Shown here: positions 1-11,740 of the stretch, piece by piece
Position numbering within the stretch: position 1 is the stretch's first letter
Layout of the letters: every line of letters starts with the position of its first letter
Source: Adineta vaga
Taxonomy: Eukaryota; Animalia; Rotifera
Assembly: GCA_021613535.1 (NCBI GenBank)
Contig: CP075492.1
Location: forward strand, 1,674,001-1,738,000
Reading direction: 5' to 3'
DNA length: 64,000 bases
Made by a program: the position numbers and the translations under genes
Notes under the pieces: model-generated
The model's database searches: none
Told to the model about the DNA's origin: nothing
What the model saw: the letters and a program-made list of their open reading frames with translations, nothing else

Positions 1-224
1 TACGAGAGGAAGGTATTATTGATGATTTAATATCAAAATGGTTTCAGAAAAAGAATTGTCCAGATGTTACTCAAACATCAACGGCAATGGGAATTGATTC
101 TATGGGTGGATTATTTTTTATTTTTGGAATTATTGTTCTTTTATCAATTGGATTATTTACATGGACAAAACGATCTTTTATGAAAGAACATTTATTTATA
201 TTCATTCAACAGAGAAAGAATTGA
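1..224 (+). CDS. 3' end of an ionotropic glutamate receptor-like gene (end of S2 and M4), truncated by window start
   Basis: Frame from nt 3 reads REEGIIDDLISKWFQKKNC...MGIDSMGGLFFIFGIIVLLSIGLFTW, matching the iGluR 'G.L..L..KWW...C...GG.F' pattern; TGA at 222-224, with the frame otherwise open to about 304. Confidence 0.75.
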   Translation, partial: REEGIIDDLISKWFQKKNCPDVTQTSTAMGIDSMGGLFFIFGIIVLLSIGLFTWTKRSFMKEHLFIFIQQRKN

Positions 225-503
225 TTTTCTATCAAAAAAACATATTCGATGTACATTAAAACTGAAGAAGAAAAAACAATTCGAAACTCATATTTATTTT
301 TTTAAGGATGTGTAAATATGCAATAGGCTACCATAGAGCGTTCTATTCCATATTATTGATCTTCTCAGATGACTTTTTATTTTATTTTCACAAGATAAAT
401 ACCTATATCTAATATTTATAAAAATATTGAAAGTAAATTTTCTTTGACGTTTCTTTTTTTCTCATTCATTAAATCAAATAGTTAAATCGATGAGAGTAGA
501 AGG

Positions 504-560
504 ATTTGAGAATGAGGGTCACATTCTTCGTTAAGAACTGACCACTCATAGTCAAAAATG
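504..560. repeat. Degenerate telomere-hexamer palindrome, copy 1
   Basis: tttgagaatgagggtca...tgaccactcatagtcaaaaatg; same tcaaaaatg end as the copy at 32029. Confidence 0.4.
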
Positions 561-991
561 AATATTATAATAAAAATGTTGTTGTCATTTCGTTCAATTC
601 ATGTTTAAACCCTATAAATTCGCTTCTACCATTGGATTTTAATGAACGCTTTCTGATTCGAATCTAAATTTATAAGATCGAACTCCACTTGTCATTGAAA
701 AAATCCAACGTATGAAAAAGAAAATAAAAAAAACTTATGAAAAGGACGATGTCGTATGTAGGTAACATATAAATTCAAATGTTATCTGACACATTCATTT
801 TCTTATTGTTTTTTTTTGCACTATAAAGAACTATAATAAAGTAGGCATTTTGTAACTTTTTTTCATCTAAAATGAGTCATTAACAAAGATATAGTTTTCA
901 TTGTCATATTTTATGACTAAATTAGTCTTTTACGATAAGTTTTTAATACAACAAATAGTAGTCAAATGTTTCGTATTAATATATTTTAGAT

Positions 992-2109
992 ATGTCAGTA
1001 TCATTAGTTACCACAATTGAACAATTTTCAAATGAACTATTTATAGAAATATTTGATTATTTGGATGGATATCGTTTAGTCTGTGCATTCTATGAATTAA
1101 ACAAATGTCTATCGACGTTAGTGGATTACTTCAAAATTAAATATATTGACTCGCGACATATAGAACATCAGGATTGTCGAAGTGTAAAGCGATTAAATAT
1201 TTACAAAAAAGATACAATAGTTATTTTTATGTTTACAGATATTGACAATGATTAACCCAGAGCATTTGATTTCTCTAAAAATATCATATACTACAAGTGA
1301 TGAACAAATTAAGCAACTATTCGATAACGGTTTGAATAATTTACGTTCTCTCACTCTTGATTCTATACCCGTACTTGAAATGGATTCCATTCTTCACCAA
1401 TTTAACGCTAACAGTCGTCTAGAATCAATATGATGAGAAAACACATGCAGCATATACATGGCTTTTCGAAAGAAATTTATCATATTTTCAATCATTGAAA
1501 TATTTTATTATTCATAAGGATGGCGCTGGTGATCTTCATGATCAAATATTTCATTCTTTATTTGGTTATAGACTAAAGTCATCTCTGAAACGAAAGAAGT
1601 ATCAATCATTGAAACATCTATCACTACCTTCCACTAGCATTTTTGAATTTTCAACGTTTCTATCTTCTTTATCGAATCTTCAAACACTTGAGGCAGGTAC
1701 CAAATTAGATGCGAACACTACTATATATCCAATGATGCGATACATAAAACGATGTCAACTTCAGATTTACGATTCGTCATTTGAATTAATCGCTAACTTT
1801 TTATCTTATTGTCCAAATCTTCAGCAATTATTATTTAGAATAGCCTCACCGGATAGTGATACATTGGATGGTAAACAATGGCAAATTATTATTGAACGTC
1901 ATTTATTGCAACTTAAACGATTGAACATTGATCTGTTGATATCGTGGCAGTCTCAACATGCAATTGAACATCAGTACGCAGATGGCTTTCAAAATGATAC
2001 ATTTTGGAAAGAAAGAAGAACTCATTTTATTATTATCGAGAATCCTAAACCTTATAGAATAGGAGACAAAGCTTTAGTGCATATAGATTTTATCTATCAG
2101 AAGAAATAG
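992..2109 (+). pseudogene. F-box/LRR-type protein, frameshifted
   Basis: F-box-like start TIEQFSNELFIEIFDYL; phase-0 intron 1184-1238 (gtaaag...tttacag) joins ORFs 992 and 1242; apparent 2-bp loss in ATAT at about 1430 separates LESI from YDEKTHAAY...; LRR-like C-terminus (CPNLQQL, W..II..HL..LK.L). Confidence 0.7.
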
Positions 2110-2341
2110 AACATCGACGATTATTGAAAAAATGATGATGATGGCTGTAAAATACAGATTTTTAAATGTACAAAATATTAAAATGTGATACAATAAGGTT
2201 CGTATTTCCTTTTTCTTTACTTCGGATGAATTTATCGATAAGTTTTATTCAACTAAATATAAATGAACATAACCGTATAACGATAATTGATTAAAATTAT
2301 TTTCTGTATTTTTATAAAAATCAGAAGAAAATATTGGTTAA

Positions 2342-2836
2342 CTATTTTCGAATAAATTCTTCATAAAATGGTGGTGGTTCTTCCCAAGGTTCAGCAAGTA
2401 AATTTTCTTCTTTCAAAGCTCTATTCCATTCTTTAATAGCATCACTTTCGAAATATGTTCGTAATGCATCAGATGTAGTATCCTATAGGAGAAAAACAAA
2501 ATAATAACTTAAATTTATTGATATTGAAAATAATAATTCTTTACCCATTCTTCAAAAATAACAAAAGTTGTTATACCATTTTTCTTATCAAGACTACGAA
2601 CTGTTCGATATGTATGACATGATGGTGCAGAAGATGAAAGAGCAAAATCTCGACAAGCAATAATTAATGATTCAAGACGATTTGCACTTGTTTCATCTTT
2701 AGCTTTGATCTATTTATTTTCATTAGAAGTAAAACGATAAGAAAAGAAAAATATGTAAGATTATTTATACCGTTGCAATAATAACAAAACGATCAGAAGA
2801 TGTTTGTGGAACTTCTGGAACATAAGATATACTCAT
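2342..2836 (-). CDS. ABM (antibiotic biosynthesis monooxygenase)-like dimeric alpha/beta barrel protein, about 123 aa, 3 exons; absent from the ORF track
   Basis: Exons 2836-2771, 2709-2545, 2482-2342 with GT-AG introns of 61 and 62 bp translate without stops: MSISYVPEVPQTSSDRFVIIAT/IKAKDETSANRLESLIIACRDFALSSSAPSCHTYRTVRSLDKKNGITTFVIFEEW/DTTSDALRTYFESDAIKEW... Confidence 0.75.
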
Positions 2837-3057
2837 TGAAAAATATAGAATGGTTTTTATTTCTATCTTTTACAAGCGATATATATATTTATGACGATAA
2901 AAGGAGAAAAGATATCTTTTCTTTCTAGGACTTACATTTAATGATATCTCTACTCTACAGAACGAAAAACTGTCATCAACAATTACTGCTGTTTGCAACA
3001 AATAACTAAGATAAGATTTTTCTTGTTTATAAATAATCTGAAATGTGTTATTATATA

Positions 3058-3100
3058 TTTAGGGTGTGGGTTAAGAGCATAGCCTGACACTCACCCTCGA
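3058..3100. repeat. Telomere-hexamer palindrome, copy 2
   Basis: ttagggtgtggg-ttaagagcatagcctga-cactcaccctc. Confidence 0.75.
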
Positions 3101-3223
3101 TTTATTCAAAATAAATATATGCACAACAAATAAAGCATAGAATAGAAATGTGCGAAATAAAAGTTATTTATAAATCAATTCAATCAAAATATCTTGAGAA
3201 GAAAAAAAAACAACACACAATCA

Positions 3224-4489
3224 TTAAATAGTATGTTGTGGATTAATTCTTGAACGTTTTATTACAAAATGTCGAACTAATGCAACAAATCTTGGTACAA
3301 GTATCTTCAGAATTGTCATTAAACCACCAACTAAACCAACTAATGTTGTTATTATATAAATAGCATCATTTCTTGTTTGATATCTATACGTACATTGTAA
3401 TGGATTACATTCATTATAATATTTATTGAATAATATGATAGAATTCCAATCTTCAATCATTAATTCATTAATTAATTCTTGTATTGTTGAGGTTATTGAG
3501 AAACGAGTCGGATATGATTTTGAAAGAGGTCTTATTTCAATATCTGGCGCTCCCATAGAAAAAGATTTTACTCGACTAATACATGTTTTAGAATAAAAAC
3601 ATTGTAAATTTGATAAAAGTAATCCCTTAATAAAGTAACATCCAACATAAAGTCCTGGTACACTATATCTTATAGCATTATTTGTATAATTTATAAATGA
3701 CGCTGGACCTAAGCATAATGATGAATAATCACAACTACAATTATTATAGATAGATGGATGTACAAATACTGTTTCATTTTTTACATATAATTCATAATTT
3801 GTTAATTGAGCAGATAACAAAGAATTACCTTCTGTTGTTTCATGATTCATTGATAGAGATAATAGATAATCATTTATAAGAGATGTTCGAAATTGATTGA
3901 TCAAAAATGATATTTGAGATTGATATAAATTTAATGATAAAACAAATGCACTTATATATTGATTTCGATAAAATCTATTCATATTATCATCAATAATTTC
4001 ATTAATAGTACTACAAAATAATTGAAGACCTAGAAAAATAAGTTGACTCATCAGATAGAAATCTTTCATATGTCCATCAACTGCTGATCTGAAAGAATGA
4101 AGATAAAATATCCAATCTTCTTCTATAAAAACACTTAAACAAATTTGATGAAATGAATATTGTATACTTAGAATATCTCCATAATTAATTGATATTTTAC
4201 TACATGGACATGTTAATGTTTGTGGATATTTGGAATATAATTCTAAATATTTGTCAATAGTTGGTTTTTCAACAATAACCGTTTTTGTTATGTTTGCTAA
4301 TGATGTGTATAGAAGAAGAATTGTCATTATAAGAATGAGTAAAATGATAAATAATCGTGTGGAAATCTTTTGATTTCTCAATTCATATTCATTTGTTGTT
4401 GGAGGAATTGATGGAAATAAATTAAATTTTTCATAAAAATTCTTTACCTTTTGTGAAATCGATAAAGATGGTTCGTTATTTTTTATCAC
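3224..4489 (-). CDS. Cys-rich two-TM repeat unit (third in transcription order); exon or tandem paralog
   Basis: 421-aa ORF: TM1 ([11 protein letters not shown]...), TLTCPCS, Cys-rich loop, [12 protein letters not shown]2 (LVGLVGGL); preceded by acceptor-like ttctctag at 4489. Confidence 0.8.
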   Translation of the reverse strand: MIKNNEPSLSISQKVKNFYEKFNLFPSIPPTTNEYELRNQKISTRLFIILLILIMTILLLYTSLANITKTVIVEKPTIDKYLELYSKYPQTLTCPCSKISINYGDILSIQYSFHQICLSVFIEEDWIFYLHSFRSAVDGHMKDFYLMSQLIFLGLQLFCSTINEIIDDNMNRFYRNQYISAFVLSLNLYQSQISFLINQFRTSLINDYLLSLSMNHETTEGNSLLSAQLTNYELYVKNETVFVHPSIYNNCSCDYSSLCLGPASFINYTNNAIRYSVPGLYVGCYFIKGLLLSNLQCFYSKTCISRVKSFSMGAPDIEIRPLSKSYPTRFSITSTIQELINELMIEDWNSIILFNKYYNECNPLQCTYRYQTRNDAIYIITTLVGLVGGLMTILKILVPRFVALVRHFVIKRSRINPQHTI

Positions 4490-4586
4490 TAGAGAAAAAG
4501 ATTTAACGTATTAATAAGTGATATATTTAGAGAATTAATTCTATTATCAATATGAAATTATTTACACATAAATCAGCATAAATCTA

Positions 4587-5888
4587 TCAATTCAACTTTT
4601 CTAACGGGGACAAAGTATAAACTTTTAACTTTCTCTTACCTTTTTTTTGTTTTCGGATGATTAAGACAAATCTTGGCACAATAATTTTCAGAATTGCAAT
4701 TAAACCACCGACTAAACTAACTAATGTTGTTATTATATAAATAACATCATTTCTCGTTTCATAACTAAATGAACATTGTAATGGATTACATTCATTATAA
4801 TAATTATTATAAATTATATTTAGATTCCATTCTTCAATCATTAATTCATTAATTATTTCTTGTATTGTTGAATTTATTGAATAGAGACTTGGAATTGATT
4901 GATTGAGAATTGTTATTGGAAATGTTTGATTTGGTGAATAAAATGATTGTAATTGATCGATACAAGTTTGATTATAAAAACATTCTAAAGTTGATTGAAG
5001 TAATGATTCAATAATATAACATCCAACATACATTCCTGGTACAGAAAACAAACTTATTTGATTTGAATCATAAATTGCAGATTGCGTAGTACATTTTCCA
5101 GATAAAGAACATTGACAACCACCATAATCTTGTGGGTCCATATGTACATGATCGGTATTATAGAACATATAGTTTGTTATTTCAGCGGAAACTATCGCAT
5201 TATCATGAGTTGTATCTCGTATAAGAGAAAGTGATAATAAAAAACTATTTGTTGTTGATGTTCGAAATTGATTCAGTGATGTTGCAGTTTGAGATTCTAA
5301 TAAATCTGATGGCAGAAGAAGTCCACTGATATATTCTTCTGAATGAAATTGATTTAAACTTTGTAAAATTGTTACTCTTAATAATTGACATAATAGTTTT
5401 AAACCTTGAAATGTATTTTCAGATATTAATCGAAAATCATTTCGATTCCATAATCCATATATATAATTTGGATATTGATTTAGATAATCAATCCATTCAT
5501 CTTTAACGAAATCGCTTGAACAAACTTGATGTAATGAATAATTTATCCCATAAAATTTTCCATAATTAATTGATATTTTACTACATGGACATGTTAATGT
5601 TTGTGGATATTTGGAATATAATTCTAAATATTTGTCAATAGTTGGTTTTTCAACAATAACTGTTTTTGTTATGTTTGCTAATGATGTGTATAGAAGAAGA
5701 ATTGTCATTATAAGAATGAGTAAAATGATAAATAATCGTGTGGAAATCTTTTGATTTCTCAATTCATATTCATTTGTTGTTGGAGGAATTGATGGAAATA
5801 AATTAAAAGTTAATAGAATATTCTTTATTTTTGAATAGATATTTCCATCGATTTGATGTTCATTTGATTCTGAAGGGTAAAAATACAT
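4587..5888 (-). CDS. Cys-rich two-TM repeat unit (second)
   Basis: 433-aa ORF with the same architecture; phase-1 donor g|gtaaga at 4639 is compatible with the acceptor at 4489. Confidence 0.8.
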   Translation of the reverse strand: MYFYPSESNEHQIDGNIYSKIKNILLTFNLFPSIPPTTNEYELRNQKISTRLFIILLILIMTILLLYTSLANITKTVIVEKPTIDKYLELYSKYPQTLTCPCSKISINYGKFYGINYSLHQVCSSDFVKDEWIDYLNQYPNYIYGLWNRNDFRLISENTFQGLKLLCQLLRVTILQSLNQFHSEEYISGLLLPSDLLESQTATSLNQFRTSTTNSFLLSLSLIRDTTHDNAIVSAEITNYMFYNTDHVHMDPQDYGGCQCSLSGKCTTQSAIYDSNQISLFSVPGMYVGCYIIESLLQSTLECFYNQTCIDQLQSFYSPNQTFPITILNQSIPSLYSINSTIQEIINELMIEEWNLNIIYNNYYNECNPLQCSFSYETRNDVIYIITTLVSLVGGLIAILKIIVPRFVLIIRKQKKGKRKLKVYTLSPLEKLN

Positions 5889-6052
5889 CTAGTATATTAT
5901 AATTCTCTTATATATAGTGATGTCATTTTATTTATATGTTCTGGCGATTTGCATACATATGCTACATCATTATCTTTAACAACATAGCATCAATTATTAG
6001 AATAGGCTCGTATTGTATTTCTCGTCTTTAGATTTCCTGCTTTTATAAAGTC

Positions 6053-7363
6053 TCAATTATTCGTAAAGGAACATACAGAGAAAAAAAATCTTTTCTCATA
6101 TCGACTTTTACCTTCTACTACTATTCGTGTTTGCTTCATTCGTCTTAAGAATTTAACCAATCTTGGCACAATAATTTTCAGAATTGCAATTAAACCACCG
6201 ACTAAACTAACTAATGTTGTTATTATATAAATAACATCATTTCTCGTTTCATAACTAAATGAACATTGTAATGGATTACATTCATTATAATAATTATTAT
6301 AAACTATATTTAAATTCCATTCTTCTATCATTAGTTCATTAATTATTTCTTGTATTGTTGAATTTATTGAATAGAGACTTGGAATTGATTGATTGAGAAT
6401 TGTTATTGGAAATGTTTGATTTGGTGAATAAAATGATTGTAATTGATCGATACAAGTTTGATTATAAAAACATTCTAAAGTTGATTGAAGTAATGATTCA
6501 ATAATATAACATCCAACATACATTCCTGGTACAGAAAACAAACTTATTTGATTTGAATCATAAATTGCAGATGGCATAGTACATGTTGGTGAAACAGCAC
6601 AAGAACAATTGCCATACATTCTTTCAGTATAAAGTAAATCGCCAGTACTGGGCCATACATATACATCATAATTAGTCATGTGTGCAGAAAATAAAGCATT
6701 AATATGAGTGATATCTCGTATTTTGATAAGAGAATGTAAAAAATTGTTTGTTGTTGATGCTCGATATTGACTAACTGATGATTGACTTTGTGTTTCCAGT
6801 AAATCCGACGAAATAGCAGATACAGTAACATATTGTTTCAAATAAAATTGATTCAAATTATTTGAAATCGTGGTGTTGATTAATTCACAAAATGATCGAA
6901 TAATTTGAAATTTTTGTCGCGCTGTCCACCGAAAGTCTGTAACGCTTAGCATCGTATGATTAGAATGAATTGTCAAATAATTAGTCCATGCTTTAGAGAT
7001 AAAGTTACTTGAACAAATTTGGTGAAATGAATATTGTATACTTAGAATATCTCCATAATTAATTGATATTTTACTACATGGACATGTTAATGTTTGTGGA
7101 TATTTCGAATATAATTCTAAATATTTGTCAATAGTTGGTTTTTCAACAATAATTGTTTTTGTTATGTTTGCTAATGATGTGTATAGAAGAAGAATTGTCA
7201 TTATAAGAATGAGTAAAATGACAAATAATCTTGTTGAAATCTTTTGATTTCTCAATTCGTATTCATTTGTTGTTGGAGGAATTGATGGAAATAGATTAAA
7301 ATGAATTATACCTTGTTTAAGTTTTTCTAGACGAGAAAAAGCGTGTCGATCCGAATTCGTCAC
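6053..7363 (-). CDS. Cys-rich two-TM repeat unit (first); 5' exon(s) uncertain
   Basis: 436-aa ORF with the same architecture; acceptor-like tattctag at 7363; donor g|gtaaaa near 6111. Confidence 0.8.
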   Translation of the reverse strand: MTNSDRHAFSRLEKLKQGIIHFNLFPSIPPTTNEYELRNQKISTRLFVILLILIMTILLLYTSLANITKTIIVEKPTIDKYLELYSKYPQTLTCPCSKISINYGDILSIQYSFHQICSSNFISKAWTNYLTIHSNHTMLSVTDFRWTARQKFQIIRSFCELINTTISNNLNQFYLKQYVTVSAISSDLLETQSQSSVSQYRASTTNNFLHSLIKIRDITHINALFSAHMTNYDVYVWPSTGDLLYTERMYGNCSCAVSPTCTMPSAIYDSNQISLFSVPGMYVGCYIIESLLQSTLECFYNQTCIDQLQSFYSPNQTFPITILNQSIPSLYSINSTIQEIINELMIEEWNLNIVYNNYYNECNPLQCSFSYETRNDVIYIITTLVSLVGGLIAILKIIVPRLVKFLRRMKQTRIVVEGKSRYEKRFFFSVCSFTNN

Positions 7364-8038
7364 TAGAATAAAACAATAAGCATATGAATATTTCGTATAG
7401 TTATTAAGATATTAATTGGGTTTGTTCGCCTTACATTCATGTAACCAAATAGGGATATTTGAAGATTAACGAAGAGAAGTATTAACGTACGACAAGAGTC
7501 GAGCATCCCTTTTCAGTCATAGAAGCTATAGTGAAAGAATTATTGTCTACTTCTGGATTCATGAACATTGTCTCAATAATGGTTCTACCATCATAGTATG
7601 AGAGCAACTCTCCAAATGTTGTTTTGAGTGATCGATGTTTGTTTAGCTCACATAATGATGCAAGTGTGTCTGCAAGATGGACTGTCGATATTGAATAAAA
7701 ATCTTTGTTTTGTTCAGACGCATATACTTAGAGTTGTGTGGAGAATGTCGTTCCTTTTTTCTATTTTGAATTCACAAAAGAATTCAAAAAGACCATAAAT
7801 CTAATGTCAGAGTCTATCAGTATTTTGATAGAGTTTTTCAAAAACAAAACGTAGATAAGAGTTTATTCGATAGAGAATACATACTTTTTGTCAGACGATT
7901 GTTTGGCGTTTATCGGAGAATGTAACACAATAGTAATCGGTTTTTTTTGAATGTGCGGATACACGATATGTAACAATGAGTAATCTGAAGATCAAATATA
8001 GAAAAATCTTGGGTGTAGGTGAGAAAAAAATGTGAATC

Positions 8039-8152
8039 GTTTCCTCGTATATGAAGTTGCTAGATCAGTTTGCCTCACTATCGGCACACGCAGAAAATAT
8101 CTGTCTTTCATAGTCGAGGTTTAAGTGAGTCGGCACAACGAGCGTTACTTGT
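8039..8152 (+). mobile_element. 3' end remnant of a DINE-1/Helentron-like (HINE) element
   Basis: aaaatatctgtctttcatagtcgaggtttaagtgagtcggcacaacgagcgttacttgt closely matches 46896-46954. Confidence 0.65.
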
Positions 8153-9669
8153 GTTATCGTATTGTATTTTATTCACTATATATATATTTGGAAACTATTC
8201 AGGGCAGATTCAGAAAAGTCGGATCTAAACGGCACTGGGACAAGTTTCTTTCAAGCGGAACATAATCGGGATCAAGACAAAAAAAACTGGTCCCATCGAC
8301 TCTAGTGTACGTAGAGTTTTTAGCATACTGACTACTTACTGTGAATACCGCATCGCAGTCGTTAAAAAATAGTTTGTTTGTGTCAGAGTCAAATGTTCAA
8401 GAACATCAATGAGAACGGTGGGGATATTGATCTGGGTGATGGGTGAAGGGCATGAGTGTGAATAGTGTATTTACACTTGAACCTCATCGAGAAGGAAACG
8501 TCGACCTACGCCTTTCTCATCGGAAGCTGATTGTACCATTGAATTTTTTGAAAAAATCGTAAAAAACCTCCGTTTCTATTTTACTAAAAACTACTTTTTC
8601 TATGCGTAAGCGTTTCCATGAGTATGATGTATATACGTATACTTTGATGAGGAGAAAAAATTATGTTTACTTGTGATTTAAAAGATGGTATTAATAACTT
8701 AAAATTTCTAGAGCAGTTTTTGTTCTACGAGGACTTTTTATTTTTCCAAGGAAAAAGATAATTGAAGTAGTCAGAGTAAATTAACAGAAAAACGTCGCAA
8801 TAAGTCAAAATATCAAACGTCATTTTGTTGTATATTCATTTTTTCTATCAGAACTTATGAAGAAATATAACTAAGAAAAAAAAGACTCGATATCTCTATT
8901 TAATGATATTTTTAAGAAAATTTTGTTCAACAATTGAAACTAGATAAATATGGAATATTTTTGAAAAAAAATTACAATAAATAGTTCACAGCTGGCAAAT
9001 TATTTATTATGATTTTCTTCGAATTGAATCTATTTATGACATTTTTCATGTGATATTCAGATACAAAAAGAAGTAGCCGTTTTAAAATGCTTTTTGTCTT
9101 GACGATACAATTTCTTTTTTTTTACAGAGATAGAAACTTATCATACTACGTCGAAACCGATAATCGTTCACGAATATCTATACAGACATACCTGACTTTG
9201 TGAACAAAAACACTGTCTTCATAGAAATCAACTTTTTCTCAGAGTCATTTACGAAATAGAACTCAAACTTATTAACTACGTCAACAAAAAGGGAAAATGA
9301 TTTCTAACACTTATATAATGACTTTTTCCTCATGTAAATGAAAGAAAAATATTCATTTCTTTTGCTTTAGTTTGATGAACACTTCTGTTTAATTCTGTTA
9401 CTCAAATAGACAAATATGGATGTAAGTAGAAATGTTTTGAAAACGAAATTGTAGGAATTATTTAAAAAAATCAACTATTGAAAAGACTTCTATATTACAT
9501 TGACGATATTTTGTCCTTCAAAAGATTTAACTTTCTACTGTTATGAATCTTAACTATTTTGCAAAATTTTCTAAGTCTTCTGCATCATTCTTGGAAAGAG
9601 CCATTTGAGTTTTTGCCAAAGCTTGCTTGTTAATTCTAGATACTAGAAATTTCAGTAGAATATAAACTA

Positions 9670-10569
9670 CTAGCGGAGATACCTGCTGCAAAAATGACAC
9701 AATTTAAGTTTTTTATCTACAGCAATGCTTTTCTTATCATCCACAGGACCTCTCCGTTCGTATTTATCCGCCGTGTATCAAAAAGTCCCCACACCCTCCT
9801 TTTTCGCCCTGACTTAGTTAGTGTAATATTTCAGGTCGTCACTCAGCGTACGTTACCTGTCTTCTACACGTCTTTCTTCTCGGTACTGAGATCCTTCCTA
9901 TATCCCTTTTCGCGCATGCACCAGGTCTTTTTTTCAGAACTTCGCGTCTCTTCATTAGTTCTTTCCTACTGATTTTGGCTCGCTATGCATACGATATACA
10001 GCTCTGTTCCTTTTAAATCCACTCATACTGTCCCGTTGCAAGTCCAGTCCCATTCTACACCCACTGTCCCGCTGCAAGTCATTCTCTACTTTATAAACTG
10101 CACTTCTACTCTATACGGGTAGAGTAATCATTTCACTCCAGATTCAGTTTTTTTGAGAACCCAACCCACGCTTTGTAGTTGTCTATCCTGGATGCAGACA
10201 CCCACACCCACCCTCTTCGCTATCAATTATTTAAAGTTTTTGAAATGCTGCAATCCTACTGGTCAGTTTCATAGATTGCTCGTAGGAAGCGTAGAATTCA
10301 TTTTTTTCGGAACAAAGTAAATGTCGACCTTCCCGTGGGTCTAGAGAAGCATTGCGGAAAGTTTGGGAATGTTAGCTATCATTGAACTGCCTGGGTGAAA
10401 TTTCACACACGCTCCCCACCCCACCCCCCTGATGACCATTCTAACCCCATGTCGACCTTTCTTGGGACCTAAGGAAGCATCGTAGAAAGTTTGGTGATCG
10501 TGGCTATTACAGCGACTGAATGCATAGAGAACAGACAGACAGACAAACTTTCTTCTTTATATATATAGA
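9670..10569 (-). mobile_element. Non-autonomous Helitron-like element (about 900 bp)
   Basis: Minus strand starts A|TCTATATATATAAAG followed by a (TGTC)n microsatellite and ends ...CCGCTAG|T (TC...CTAG in an A^T site, no TSD); internal duplicated blocks near 10321 and 10450; no clear subterminal hairpin seen. Confidence 0.65.
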
Positions 10570-11740
10570 TAGTTATAAGCTGTCCTGCCTAGGCAACGGT
10601 ACTTTTAGAGATGCTTCGAAACTCTCCTACAATGCATTTACTAAAGTCTCAATGAATAGATTATTTAGTAAAGCAAGATAGTAGTATTCTTAGCTCATTG
10701 TTTCTACCAGAGTTACCAACAAGCCACTTTTTCTCCGGTCTGTGCGATGTCCTGGTCTGATAGAAGATGGTGCGTGAACGGTAGAATATTGTATATTTGG
10801 CATCTGTTATCTGCTCTAGGTGACCATAAGATTGAATGATTTTTGAATACTGCCCAATTCGCCGCCTTTTGCGTCTTATTTTGTAAAATCAAAAACAGGT
10901 AGGATGTCATAATCCCACTACGCTGAGTATCCATATTTCCAGTGAGCTACTCGGAGGTACCCAGCACGACGAATAAGCAGCGGGTTATTAGAGTGAATAC
11001 CCCTCATCGAAAACAATTCTATCATCTAAACTGATTCGGTGTATTCCCCCTTGTGTAATGACATTCATTTAGGAGATAAATGGCTATATATTCTGAAAGT
11101 TGAGAAATATGAGTTGATTTCGGATATCACCCGTAGAGTAATCACATTTATCCTAAGATTATACATTCATTTTGAGTGTACCCTGGGATTTCCACCCCCG
11201 AACACCTCCATGTTAAAGGTGTAATGAAGCCATTGCTCCTGTGTCAGATATATGGATTGATAGGGAAATGATTTTCGATGATTACCCCGTACGATATCGT
11301 GACATTTGGCTTTCGCTACCCGAAGTATTGGTACTAAGACATCTATGGAAGATGTTTTGTAGATGCATGTTCTTTTCTACGAACTCCTCCATACATTGGA
11401 GCCAGTAGATAGACATGCATCAAACTCAAGTCGCTTTGGTTTGAGTATTAATTGAGAATTTATATTTCTGTGAGTTTTAAGTGATGAAATCCACAGTCAT
11501 ATCCAACAGTAGAACTAAAAAAATTTATACGGTTTGGATCTAACGTATGTATAATATGATGAAAACGATATTATCATAGACAAAATAGACCATTTTAAAA
11601 CGTAATGAACATCTCTAAAAAGAAGAAAAAAACTATTTGTGTTTAACCGTTTCTATGAAACGTAAAATCAAAAATTCTAAGTTAATCAATAATGACGTAG
11701 TATTCATCTTTTGTAAGAAATAGCGTTTTGTGAATTGATA

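Noticed and set aside
7490-7728. About 75 open codons on the minus strand as a first exon of the two-TM array
   Set aside because: No convincing phase-compatible splice path to 7363 could be established by eye.
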